Source: Pirellulales bacterium
GTDB taxonomy: Bacteria; Planctomycetota; Planctomycetia; Pirellulales; PALSA-1355
DNA: 60,749 nucleotides
Reading direction: 5' to 3'
NCBI GenBank assembly: GCA_041750795.1
Contig: JBGSYQ010000368.1
Location: forward strand, 1-60,749
The notes under the pieces were generated by a model. It was not told the DNA's origin. It was given only the letters and a program-made list of their open reading frames with translations, and ran no database searches. How positions within the stretch are numbered: the stretch's first letter is position 1; each line of letters starts with the position of its first letter. This document shows positions 15,349-25,315 of this stretch, piece by piece. The translations under genes and the position numbers were made by a program.

Positions 15349-18300
15349 ATGAGGTCCCCAGTCATGGATGATACGGCCCCCACCTCCCCAGTTTCAGACG
15401 AACTGTCGGCAGAGTACAAGCCATCATCATCGTCCGACGAGCAACTCGCTGGCGACCCGCGGCCCGCTCGCGAACCAGGCTTGTACCTTGTTGGCCTGGG
15501 AGTTTCCGCCGGAGCCCTGGAAGCGCTGGAGAGTTTCTTCGAGCACATGCCGTCCGACTCGGGACTGGCATTCGTGATCGTTCAGCATCTGTCACCGGGC
15601 TTCAAGAGCCAAATGAACGAGCTGCTTTCACGGCACACCGCGATGGCGATTCGACTCGTTGACGACGGAACCGTGGTGCAGCGGAACGTCATTTACCTGA
15701 TCCCGCCAAAGAAAGAGATAGTCATTTCCGGTGGCCGCCTGTTGCTCACGGATCCGGACCCCAGCGCGGCTCTGAGTTTTCCGATCGATGCATTCTTTCG
15801 ATCGCTGGCAGAGGAACTGGGCGAGCGAGCGGTCGGCATCATACTCTCGGGCACCGGCACCGACGGTTCTCGCGGTATTCGGACGATCCATGAAGCAGGA
15901 GGGTGGGTACTCGTCCAGAATGACGACACCGCCAAGTTCGATGGGATGCCCCGCAGCGCGATTGCCACAGGCGTCGTTGACGTCGAGTTGTCGCCCTCTG
16001 CGATGGCGCAGGCGTTGCTCGACTATGTCGGCCATCCGGTTTACGGAGCAAAAAAGAGGCGGTCCAAAGAACGATTACTCGCCGAAACGGGGATCGACGC
16101 GGTTTACAGTCTGTTGCGCGCCGAATGCGGAATAGATTTCTCCCATTATCTGCCCAAAATGGTCGTGCGCCGCCTCGATCGCCGAATGCTGCGCAGTCGA
16201 TCGGCCGCTCTGGATGATTATGTGGCGCAGCTGCGAAGCGACCGGCAAGAATTGAACTCGCTTTATCGCGACCTGCTGATTGGCGTGACCAGGTTCTTCC
16301 GCGATCCCGAGCTGTTCGAGCTGCTCAAGCAGGAAGTGGTCTCGACGGTGCTTGCCAAAGTGCCCGTCGACGATGAGATTCGAATCTGGGTGGCCGGTTG
16401 TGCGACCGGCGAAGAGGCCTATTCGCTCGCCATTCTGTTTCACGAATCGCTGGTGGCGCTCAAGCGACCCGTCAACGTCAGGATTCTCGCCACGGATGTG
16501 CATCGTGTAAGCCTGCAGTTCGCTAGCGACGGCCTGTATGACGAGGCGGCGCTGAGCGAGGTTTCTCCAGAGCGGTTGGAGCGGTACTTTACCAAGCAAT
16601 CCGGCAAGTACCAGGTCTCGCAAGATTTACGACGGATGATCGTCTTTGCACCCCACAACGTGATCAAGGACGCGCCGTTCACGAAACTCGATTTGATCAG
16701 TTGCCGCAACCTGCTGATCTATCTGCGGGCGGAGGCGCAAAAGAGAGCGCTGTCGCTGTTCCACTTTGCGCTGAAGACAGCGGGTGTCCTGGTGCTGGGC
16801 CCCAGCGAGACTCCTGGAGGAATTGCAGGCGAGTTTGAGACACTGGACGGTCACTGGAAGGTCTATCGAAAGCGGCGCGACATTCGATTGCCGACGAGTA
16901 CGCGGCTATCGCCATCGCCTTCGATGCATCGAATGCAAGCGGACCATGCTCCTCGATCGGTGCGGCCGACATGTCCCGATTCACTCCTAGTCAAAATGTA
17001 CGAGGAACTGCTCGTTACTTGCATGCCACCGAGTCTCCTGGTTAATACGCAACGCGAACTACTTCATTCGTTTGCGGGTGCCGGCAGATTCCTGTGCGTG
17101 CCCGATGGTCGTCCGCCGTCCGACATTCTGGACATGGTGGACAGTGATTTGCGGTCGGCCATTTCAGGAGCCCTGCAGCGGGCCATGAAGGACGAGGTCG
17201 CAATTGCCTACGGCGGAATCGTTCGCCTGGCCGGACCTGACGAGGAGTTTCTGAAAGTGTGCGTACGGCCGCTGGCCATTCGGAGCACGGGCGAGCGCCA
17301 TTTCTTGATCTCGCTGGAGCCCGAAGCCCGCTCGACGCAGCCCGTTGAGCAGGTCAGTCCTCTCGCCCCGGATGCCACGTCGCACAAGCGCTGGGGCTTG
17401 CTGGAAGAAGAGCTTCGCCACACGAAGGAGATTCTGCAAGCGACGGTCGAGGAGATGGCGACCGCCAATGAGGAGCTTCAAGCGACCAACGAGGAACTCG
17501 TAGCCTCAAACGAGGAGCTGCACGTCACCAACGAAGAGCTTCATTCCGTGAATGCCGAGCTCTACGCGGTCAATGCCGAGCATCAACGGAAGATCAGGGA
17601 GTTGACTGAATTGACCGACGACATGGACAACCTCCTGCGCAGCACCGACGTCGGCACGATCTTCCTGGACCGCGACTTGTTGATTCGCAAATTCACGCCG
17701 CAAATTGCCCATGCCTTTCAATTGCTGCCACAGGACGTCGGCCGGCGCATCGAATGCTTTGCGCACAACATTCTCCGCGAAAACTTGTTGGAAGACTTGC
17801 GTCAAGTTTTGGAAACCGAGGAGCCGATCGAGCATGACGTGCAGGATCGACTCGGCGAGTGGTTTTTGCTGCGCATCCTGCCGTATCGCACCAAGGATCA
17901 GGTGGAGGGTGTCGTCCTGACCTTGATTGCGATTACCCGCTTGAAGAAGACCGAGCAGGAGTTGCGGCGCGTATCGAAGGTCTTCATGGACGGCGCCGAT
18001 CCCATCATTATCCAGGACTTGTCGGGCCGAATTGTTGATTTGAACCGTGAAGCCGAACGTGCCTATGGCTGGACTCGCGCCGAGTTGCTCGGCAAGTGCA
18101 TTTCCGTGCTCGTCCCGCCGGAGCTCGAAGACCAAATCCGCGCGCTCGGCGATCAATGCCGGGCAGACGATTCCGTGCGCAACGTAGAGTCGGTACGGCG
18201 AGACCGATTCGGCAAGGATTCCCCCGTGCTGCTTACCATGTCGCTACTCAGTGACGATTCCGGCGGACCGACAGCGATGGCCAGCATCTCTAAAGACATT

Positions 18301-19551
18301 ACCAAGCAAAAAAAGGCGGAGGAGGACGCGTGCGAGGCGGCCAGCCGGCGCGACCAGTTTCTGGCCATGCTGTCGCACGAGCTGCGCAACCCTTTGGGGG
18401 CGTTGCTCAATGCGACTCGGCTCATGGATCGGGCGGGCGGCGATAGCGACGCGTGTCGAAACGCTTCCCTGGTCATTGAACGCCAGTCGAAGCATATGGC
18501 CAGGCTGCTCGACGATTTGCTCGACGTAGCGCGCGTTACGCAGGGCAAGATCCACACTCGCAACGAAGTCGTCGACATTCGTTCGATTACCGATCAGGCG
18601 GTGCAAGTTGCCGGGCCCCTGTTGGAGGAACGCCAACATGCGCTCACGGTAGAGGTGCCGGAACTGCCGATCTATGTCGAGGGCGACTCGGCTCGCCTTC
18701 TTCAGGTTCAGGAGAACCTGCTGGCGAACGCCGCCAAGTACACCGCGCCGGGAGGCGAGATCACGGTGTCGACCCGTGAGGAGAACGGGGAGGCCGTGGT
18801 ATGCGTGCGAGACAACGGCGTCGGCATCGAACCGGAAATGCGGGAAAGAATCTTCGAGCTCTTCGTGCAAGGTCCTAAATCGCTGGAACGCTTCGATGGA
18901 GGCATGGGGATCGGGCTCACGATGGTGCGCCAAATCGTGCAACTCCATGGCGGCCGAGTTTCGGCGCGCAGCGACGGCTTCGGTAAAGGGAGCGAATTCG
19001 AGGTCCGACTCCCGCTCACCTCGAAGCGACCGTCGGAGGCTCAGCAAAAACCCACAGTTCAAGACACAAATCTGCGGGTCGTGATCGTCGAGGACAACGC
19101 CGATAGCCGATCGCTACTCGAATCTCTGTTGAAAATGGACGGTTTCCAAGTCAGTGCCGCCGCCGACGGAGCCCAAGGATACGAGATCATTGAGAGAGAG
19201 CGTCCCGACGTGGCCTTGGTCGATCTCGGACTTCCTGGGATCGACGGCTATGAAGTCGCTCGAAGGGTCAGACGCGATCTTGCCGACCGACCGATTCGGC
19301 TGGTGGCGCTCACCGGCTATGGGCGCGCTGAAGATCGAGCGGCGGTTTCTGCCGCGGGTTTCGACGAGCACCTGGTGAAGCCCGTCGATCCTACGGATCT
19401 CTCTCGCGTGCTGCGAGCGATTGACTGCGCACAGCCGGGCCGACAAGCCAACTACTGCTGCGACCAGTCCGGTCACAGCTCCCCATGTGATGTGGTACTG
19501 ACACGGAGCGTACATCAGGAAAAAGCAGCATCGCAAACAAGCTCGCATTGA
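15349..19551 (+). CDS. CheB-CheR-PAS-histidine kinase-receiver hybrid
   Basis: SAG/QHLSP/SGTGTDG (CheB), GCATGEEAYS and ISCRNLLIY (CheR), NEEL coil, SHELRNPL, C-terminal REC. Confidence 0.92.
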   Translation: MRSPVMDDTAPTSPVSDELSAEYKPSSSSDEQLAGDPRPAREPGLYLVGLGVSAGALEALESFFEHMPSDSGLAFVIVQHLSPGFKSQMNELLSRHTAMAIRLVDDGTVVQRNVIYLIPPKKEIVISGGRLLLTDPDPSAALSFPIDAFFRSLAEELGERAVGIILSGTGTDGSRGIRTIHEAGGWVLVQNDDTAKFDGMPRSAIATGVVDVELSPSAMAQALLDYVGHPVYGAKKRRSKERLLAETGIDAVYSLLRAECGIDFSHYLPKMVVRRLDRRMLRSRSAALDDYVAQLRSDRQELNSLYRDLLIGVTRFFRDPELFELLKQEVVSTVLAKVPVDDEIRIWVAGCATGEEAYSLAILFHESLVALKRPVNVRILATDVHRVSLQFASDGLYDEAALSEVSPERLERYFTKQSGKYQVSQDLRRMIVFAPHNVIKDAPFTKLDLISCRNLLIYLRAEAQKRALSLFHFALKTAGVLVLGPSETPGGIAGEFETLDGHWKVYRKRRDIRLPTSTRLSPSPSMHRMQADHAPRSVRPTCPDSLLVKMYEELLVTCMPPSLLVNTQRELLHSFAGAGRFLCVPDGRPPSDILDMVDSDLRSAISGALQRAMKDEVAIAYGGIVRLAGPDEEFLKVCVRPLAIRSTGERHFLISLEPEARSTQPVEQVSPLAPDATSHKRWGLLEEELRHTKEILQATVEEMATANEELQATNEELVASNEELHVTNEELHSVNAELYAVNAEHQRKIRELTELTDDMDNLLRSTDVGTIFLDRDLLIRKFTPQIAHAFQLLPQDVGRRIECFAHNILRENLLEDLRQVLETEEPIEHDVQDRLGEWFLLRILPYRTKDQVEGVVLTLIAITRLKKTEQELRRVSKVFMDGADPIIIQDLSGRIVDLNREAERAYGWTRAELLGKCISVLVPPELEDQIRALGDQCRADDSVRNVESVRRDRFGKDSPVLLTMSLLSDDSGGPTAMASISKDITKQKKAEEDACEAASRRDQFLAMLSHELRNPLGALLNATRLMDRAGGDSDACRNASLVIERQSKHMARLLDDLLDVARVTQGKIHTRNEVVDIRSITDQAVQVAGPLLEERQHALTVEVPELPIYVEGDSARLLQVQENLLANAAKYTAPGGEITVSTREENGEAVVCVRDNGVGIEPEMRERIFELFVQGPKSLERFDGGMGIGLTMVRQIVQLHGGRVSARSDGFGKGSEFEVRLPLTSKRPSEAQQKPTVQDTNLRVVIVEDNADSRSLLESLLKMDGFQVSAAADGAQGYEIIERERPDVALVDLGLPGIDGYEVARRVRRDLADRPIRLVALTGYGRAEDRAAVSAAGFDEHLVKPVDPTDLSRVLRAIDCAQPGRQANYCCDQSGHSSPCDVVLTRSVHQEKAASQTSSH

Positions 19552-19688
19552 ACCGCGCGACCACGGCGATCGAAGCGAATGGGTATTCTTCCTGGTCGCG
19601 CGACCGTGGCAGCATCGTGGCCATAAGCTTGCGCTCCGCTGGCCGCTTGTGCTATCTGCCCGTTCGAAGTAGTTCTTTTTGTCTCCGG

Positions 19689-20081
19689 TCATGCATCCGG
19701 CTCCTCGCAAGTGGACAGTCTACTGACGGCGTCGAGGGCCGCGACCAGGTCGGAGCTGCGATACGGCTTTCTGACGAAGAATTGCGCCCCAGCAGCGAAG
19801 GCGCGGCGTCTTTCCAGGTTGCTGGCCGACAACATAATCACCGGAATGTCTTTGGTCCGCTCCTCCTTCCTCAACTCGGACAAGACCGCAATGCCGTCCA
19901 TGCCCGGCATGAGTAAGTCAAGGATGATAATATCGGGAGGCCGAGCGTTGACGTCGGCCAAGGCCTGTCTACCGTTGCACGCCGTATGCGTGGTGTAACT
20001 CATCCCTTCGAGACGATGTGCCACGCCGACGCATACGTCCGGATCGTCGTCTACTATCAGAACGCTTTTCTTCTCCGCCAT
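19689..20081 (-). CDS. Single-domain response regulator
   Basis: LIVDDD...ILDLLMP...LSAS...RKP. Confidence 0.85.
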   Translation of the reverse strand: MAEKKSVLIVDDDPDVCVGVAHRLEGMSYTTHTACNGRQALADVNARPPDIIILDLLMPGMDGIAVLSELRKEERTKDIPVIMLSASNLERRRAFAAGAQFFVRKPYRSSDLVAALDAVSRLSTCEEPDA

Positions 20082-20143
20082 TGCATTTCTCCTGCCTGGT
20101 GTGAGACGTGTTCGGAAGTGCATTCGATGTTATCCATGTTCGG

Positions 20144-21730
20144 TCAACGTTCGACTTTCTCCTTCGCCGTGAACAATCGATTCAAGCGATTGAGAAGCTC
20201 CTTGGAATGATCGGTGGCTCGCCACGTGCCCACCGCCGTTGTCTGGAGCAACGGCAGCGGCGTCCCTGGCCGAAGAGACCCGGCATTTTTGTACTCCTCA
20301 TCCAATCGCTGCAGAAATCGATGGGCGTCGCTCTTGATTGCTGCAACCAGGATTAGCCAGGTTCGTGTGTCGAGCCGCCACATCAAGTCGTATTGCCGCA
20401 ACAGTCGCGTAAGACACGAATCAACGCCGTCGGCGTCCTCCGGCCGAATCACCTGTTCGGCCTCGACGATAAACAGCGACACGAATGGCAAGGCTCGCTT
20501 GGTCGCGCGTATCTGGCGCAGATATCGACTGGCAACCTCGCGGGGATCGGCCAAGGGGACGGAAAAGGAAAAGGTGCTTCCGTGGTCGGGTTGGCTGTAT
20601 ACGCGCATCTGACCAAGATTGATGGCCGCCAGCTCCTGGGCGATGCTCAGTCCCAGGCCGAATCCTTTGGTACCTTGTCGGATGCTGCAGTTCAGTTGCT
20701 CGAAACGCTGAAAAACCCGTTGCAAGTCGTCGTCGGAGATTCCCTGCCCGTTGTCGGCCACGGACACAACCACCTCTCCGGCATCGAGGTCGGCACGCGC
20801 AGACAGGTGTACTTCGCCGGCCTCGCCGCAGAACTTGATTGCGTTGACCGCCAAATTGATGATCACGCGGCCGGCTTTTTCGGCGTCGCAATAGATCTCA
20901 GGAAGATCGTCCGGCACGTCCATAGCGAAGGCAACCTCCCTGACCGCGGCCATTTGTCGCAGGGCCGGCGCGACCGCCTCGACGATCTCGCTCAGCCGGC
21001 ACCTGCGCCGCCAAGCGCCCAGCATGCCGGCCTCGAGCTTGCTGACGTCAAGCATGTCGTCGACCATCGTGTTCAGATCGTTGACGCGGACCGCGACCAC
21101 GTCAAGCATATGGGCCTGTTCGTCATTCACCGCGCCGCATATCCCTTCGCGCACAAGCGACACGAAGTCCTTGATCACGGTCAGCGGAGTGCGAAACTCG
21201 TGCGAGACGTTGTCCACAAAGCGCTGGGCGGTCTTGTACAGCCGCTTCAACCGCCGATTCTTTCGTTTCAAGAGCTTCTGCTGCCGTTCCAGTTGCTGCC
21301 GGCTGGCGTTCAACTTCTCGAGTAGTTCCGCGGTCCGCACAACGCATTGCTGCCGTTGGATAGCGTGCTGAATGGCACGCCGCAACACCTCTGGAGTGGC
21401 CTGATCCTTGGGCAAGTAGTCCTGGGCGCCGTCCTCAAAGGACGCGTTTTCCGTACAACTGTCTTCGAGCATCGACAGTACGACGATCGGAACTGTCGCA
21501 TTCTGCCGACGAATCATTCTCACGCTGTCAAGGCCCGTGCCATCGGGCAGCGACAGGTCCGTGACCACCACATCAACGCTCTCGGACCGCGCGTGGGAGA
21601 GGGCGTCGGTTATCGACCCCACGCAAGTGACGTGATAGTCGGACGACGCCTTGCTGATCATTTTCCGGAACAGATCACTGTCCCTCGGATCGTCTTCGAT
21701 CAGCAGGATTTTTGTCGCGTTGGCGTCCAT
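20144..21730 (-). CDS. Receiver-histidine kinase hybrid
   Basis: LLIEDD...TDLSLPD...SHEFRTPL...NAIKF...DNGQG...GFGLGL; start placed at MDANATK. Confidence 0.88.
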   Translation of the reverse strand: MDANATKILLIEDDPRDSDLFRKMISKASSDYHVTCVGSITDALSHARSESVDVVVTDLSLPDGTGLDSVRMIRRQNATVPIVVLSMLEDSCTENASFEDGAQDYLPKDQATPEVLRRAIQHAIQRQQCVVRTAELLEKLNASRQQLERQQKLLKRKNRRLKRLYKTAQRFVDNVSHEFRTPLTVIKDFVSLVREGICGAVNDEQAHMLDVVAVRVNDLNTMVDDMLDVSKLEAGMLGAWRRRCRLSEIVEAVAPALRQMAAVREVAFAMDVPDDLPEIYCDAEKAGRVIINLAVNAIKFCGEAGEVHLSARADLDAGEVVVSVADNGQGISDDDLQRVFQRFEQLNCSIRQGTKGFGLGLSIAQELAAINLGQMRVYSQPDHGSTFSFSVPLADPREVASRYLRQIRATKRALPFVSLFIVEAEQVIRPEDADGVDSCLTRLLRQYDLMWRLDTRTWLILVAAIKSDAHRFLQRLDEEYKNAGSLRPGTPLPLLQTTAVGTWRATDHSKELLNRLNRLFTAKEKVER

Positions 21731-22406
21731 AACTGTCCTATTCGTTTCCGCGCCGCGCTTGGCACCACGGGTATTCAAGTCTGCCACGTAAGTGTGTGCC
21801 TCGAAGCATCGGTTGTGTTCTGTCAACGCCGCTGCGGCCGACGGTCGGGATGTCATTGCCTTGCGAGTCACTGCCATCTGAGGGAACCTGTAACGCCAGC
21901 GGTGCTGGGACACCGCACACATGAGCCCATCGTCGTGATTCAAACATGCTGCCTGGGGAAGGTTTGTCAATCGACCGTTTTCCTTAGTCCCCTGTCGACG
22001 CCACGTGAATCCAACGGCCGGAACGGACGCGATCTTGTTCGCGCAAGAGGATCTGGAGCGTCGACGCGACTCGAACGATCGTGGCGAAACAGTATCGCGA
22101 ATCAGGGGTTTCCTTACGCGAGACGAGCGTAGCACTCATCCGCGCTCGGCCGCAGGCGGCTTTTGAGCTGATTTTGGCTCGCAGGCTAGAGTTGCACGCC
22201 GCGCCGGCTCTAGCAGCCATCGCGACTCGATCGCAATGCCACCGGCGTGAATGAGGCCGCGAGGTCACGCTCGCGAAGACCTCCAACAGGAAGCCGTATC
22301 ATGAAAATGATCGTCGCACAGGCATGTTGCGCGAGAGCCTCGAAACGATCTCGATCCCCGAAGAACACGTCGACTGCGCTGCCATCACTGAATACCGAGA
22401 GGTCTC

Positions 22407-23093
22407 TCAGATTGGCGATTTTGGCAGCATTCCATTGACCCACTGTACGGCGCGCTGAATGACTTCCGGAAAACTCTCGATACCCAGCTTCTCCTTGATC
22501 CTGACGCGATAGGTTTCTACGGTCTTCGAACTCAAGCACATGCGTGCGGCAATCTGTGGCGTCGTCAAGCCTTGGCCCATCAAGCCGAAGGCCTCTAGCT
22601 CGCGGTCTGACAGGCTCTCGATGGCCCCCCGTCGGTCGCTTTGCGGTTTCCGGCCCGCCATCCGCGCCAACACCTGGCGGGATAAGCCGCTGCTAATGAA
22701 GATCTGGCCGGCCAGCACCGACCGAATGGCGTCGACAATCTCGCGCGTGGCGTGCCCTTTGTGTACATAGCCCATTGCACCCGCGGCCAATGCACGCTCC
22801 GCGTAGAGCGGGTCGTCGTGCATCGACCACACCAGCATCGCAAGCGTAGGCTGGCGCTCTTTGAGACGCTTGATGAGGTCGAGTCCGTTGCCGCGCTTCA
22901 GCGAGAGGTCGACCACGGCCAGGTCAGGACGCGCGGTTTCGGCCAAAGTCAGCGCGGTGGCAATGTCGGCGGCCTCGCCGCACATTTCGAGATCGGGGTG
23001 ACGCTCGATATGCAGGCTAAGGCCCTCGCGGGCCACCGGGTGGTCGTCGACAATCAACACCCTGGCTCGATGAGACCGAGAGGAATCAGCCAT
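22407..23093 (-). CDS. NarL/LuxR-family response regulator
   Basis: LIVDDHP...VDLSL...LSDRELE...SSKTVETYR. Confidence 0.9.
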   Translation of the reverse strand: MADSSRSHRARVLIVDDHPVAREGLSLHIERHPDLEMCGEAADIATALTLAETARPDLAVVDLSLKRGNGLDLIKRLKERQPTLAMLVWSMHDDPLYAERALAAGAMGYVHKGHATREIVDAIRSVLAGQIFISSGLSRQVLARMAGRKPQSDRRGAIESLSDRELEAFGLMGQGLTTPQIAARMCLSSKTVETYRVRIKEKLGIESFPEVIQRAVQWVNGMLPKSPI

Positions 23094-23269
23094 TCCTTCG
23101 TTCCTTGGCACAATGGGTACGTCGCCAGGATTGCGCCTCTCTCGATGCCAGACGAGCATCCTCGAGACTCGAACAACCGTCGCATCATGCTGCGCCGCAT
23201 TGCATAAGCGCGCGTTGATGACCGCGCCGCCAGTATATCGACTCTGGAGGAGCGGGAACATTCCCATAA

Positions 23270-23332
23270 TCGGGTAATTCCTGACGATGCGCTGTAGGGT
23301 AATTCCTGACACGTGTGTAGGGGAACGCCGAC
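23270..23332. promoter_or_regulatory. Tandem putative LuxR/NarL operator boxes between divergent regulators
   Basis: Exact 14-bp direct repeat GGGTAATTCCTGAC at 23272 and 23297, degenerate third copy at 23318. Confidence 0.55.
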
Positions 23333-23510
23333 TCGTCCCGTTGGCACCCCACCGGCTACAATTCACACACACCGCTAATTCAAGAACGGCGGCTGGTCCA
23401 CCGTTCGACGACGGGCAAGCCACATTCAGGCGGGCTCGAGGCTGACCGCATTTGTGTTTGCCAACGTACGATTGGATGCCCCCAGATTCTCAGAAGAACT
23501 CGAATCCACG

Positions 23511-24203
23511 ATGCAAGATGTAAAACAACCCACCGCGCCGGGCAATCGTCTGAAACCGATCCGCGTCGTCTTGGCCGACGATCACAAGATGATGCGGGAA
23601 GGCCTGCAGGCCCTGTTGCGTGCCTGCGAAAACGTCGAGGTTGTCGCGGAGGCCTGCGACGGCCACGAAGCCTTGACTGCCGTGAACGACCATCGTCCCG
23701 ACGTCTTGATTACGGATATTGCCATGAAGGGCCTCAATGGATTCGAAACCACGGCACGCGTCACGAAGGAACACCCCCACGTTCGCGTCATCATCCTTTC
23801 GATTCACAGTCACGAAGAGTATGTCTGGCAGGCATTGCGGGCCGGCGCCGTGGGATATGTGCTCAAGGATTCGGACATTTCGGAGCTGGAGCTGGCCATC
23901 GCATCGGCTGCCCGCGGCGAAATGTACCTGGCTCCGGCGATCTCCAAGCGGGTGATCACAGATTGTCTCCGTCGTCCCGAGGGTGGTGCGGAACGTGGCA
24001 GCTCGCTGACTCCGCGGCATCGCGAGATCCTGCAGTTGATTGCCGAGGGCAATACGACAAAAAGAATCGCGGGGATCTTGAGCTTGAGCGCCAAGACCGT
24101 CGAAACGCATCGCATGCAACTGATGGATCGGCTCGGCATTCACGAAGTGGCCGGACTGGTCCGTTATGCAATTCGCCATCGTATCGTCGATGCGGAATGT
24201 TAA
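23511..24203 (+). CDS. NarL/LuxR-family response regulator
   Basis: VLADDH...ITDIAM...LTPRHREIL...SAKTVETHR. Confidence 0.9.
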   Translation: MQDVKQPTAPGNRLKPIRVVLADDHKMMREGLQALLRACENVEVVAEACDGHEALTAVNDHRPDVLITDIAMKGLNGFETTARVTKEHPHVRVIILSIHSHEEYVWQALRAGAVGYVLKDSDISELELAIASAARGEMYLAPAISKRVITDCLRRPEGGAERGSSLTPRHREILQLIAEGNTTKRIAGILSLSAKTVETHRMQLMDRLGIHEVAGLVRYAIRHRIVDAEC

Positions 24204-24233
24204 CCGCCTGTTGAAGAATTCAACAAGCTGCTA
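24201..24233. repeat. Palindrome made of two fused MITE-like termini
   Basis: TA-ACCGCCTGTTGAA-GAA-TTCAACAAGCTGC-TA; resembles the ends of the elements at 33521 and 53722. Confidence 0.5.
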
Positions 24234-24589
24234 ATCGCACAGCGACGTGCGACCGCGCCTGCCCATCCGGCATACCCGTGACAGACGTCGCGCCCCAGTT
24301 CGTTTGCATCCATCGGCCTGGATCAACGCGCCGATAGCACTGGCGTTATGCAACTTAATCCAAGCACCTACAGAATCGTCCGGCCCAGGTCCAGGTATTT
24401 CACCCTGCCGAGTCAGGGTCTTCCTTGCCAAGAAACCTGCGGCGTTGTCCGAAGGATAGATTAGCGTGCGCGAACCGTGCGACCGACGGTTTCGACGCGA
24501 CAGAGAACCGATCGCCTGGCGCGATTCCGGCAATTCCGTCGACAAGGCGACAAGCTGCCTTGGACGACAGTCGCTTAAGGGGCAGACTT

Positions 24590-25315
24590 GTGGAAACGTT
24601 GTCAACCGTTTTCGTCGTGGGTGACGTCCGCGACGTCCCCGAATGCCTGGACGGTACGATCGCCGCGGGACAACTGACGGTACGCCGCTTCGACTCGGCG
24701 GGCGATGCGCTGGACTATTGCGAACCCCAAATGCCGGGCTGCTTTGTGGTCGATCAGCAGATTCGTGGTACCAGCGGACTGCGCATCCACGAGCAACTGC
24801 ACGCCAAAGGTTGCCAGCAGCCGTTCATCTTCGTGCTGCACGACGGCGACGTCGCGTGGGTCGTCGAGGCCATGCGGCACGGCGCTTTGGATTGCATCAA
24901 GCGCCCCGTGGATCGCGACCGGATGCGGACTTGCATCCAGGAAGGTATTGCCCAAGATGCTGATGTTCGCCGCAAGCGTGCTGATCGGGCCGCGGTGCTG
25001 ACGCTTGTCGAGTCGCTCACGCCGAGACAGAGACAAATCATGGAGTACGTGGCGACCGGAGAAATCACGAAGTTCATCGCCCGAACTCTGAATATTTCGC
25101 CGAAAACTGTCGAAGTGCACCGCAGCAACATCATGCGGAAGATGCACGTGGAATCAGCCGCCGGGCTGATCCACCTGGTTGCCAAGTACTCGCTGTTTCC
25201 CCTTGGCGACGGAAGCCCGTCGAGACGAAGCGTTGCAAACGAGTCCCGCCCGGCCAACGGGGCAGTGGTCGGCGGGGCTCGTTTCACGATTCCGCGGCGA
25301 TCAAGCACTCGTTGA
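24590..25315 (+). CDS. FixJ-like response regulator (degenerate acidic pocket)
   Basis: PGCFVVD...AMRHGALDCIKRP...LTPRQRQ...SPKTVEVHRSNIMRKM. Confidence 0.8.
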   Translation: METLSTVFVVGDVRDVPECLDGTIAAGQLTVRRFDSAGDALDYCEPQMPGCFVVDQQIRGTSGLRIHEQLHAKGCQQPFIFVLHDGDVAWVVEAMRHGALDCIKRPVDRDRMRTCIQEGIAQDADVRRKRADRAAVLTLVESLTPRQRQIMEYVATGEITKFIARTLNISPKTVEVHRSNIMRKMHVESAAGLIHLVAKYSLFPLGDGSPSRRSVANESRPANGAVVGGARFTIPRRSSTR

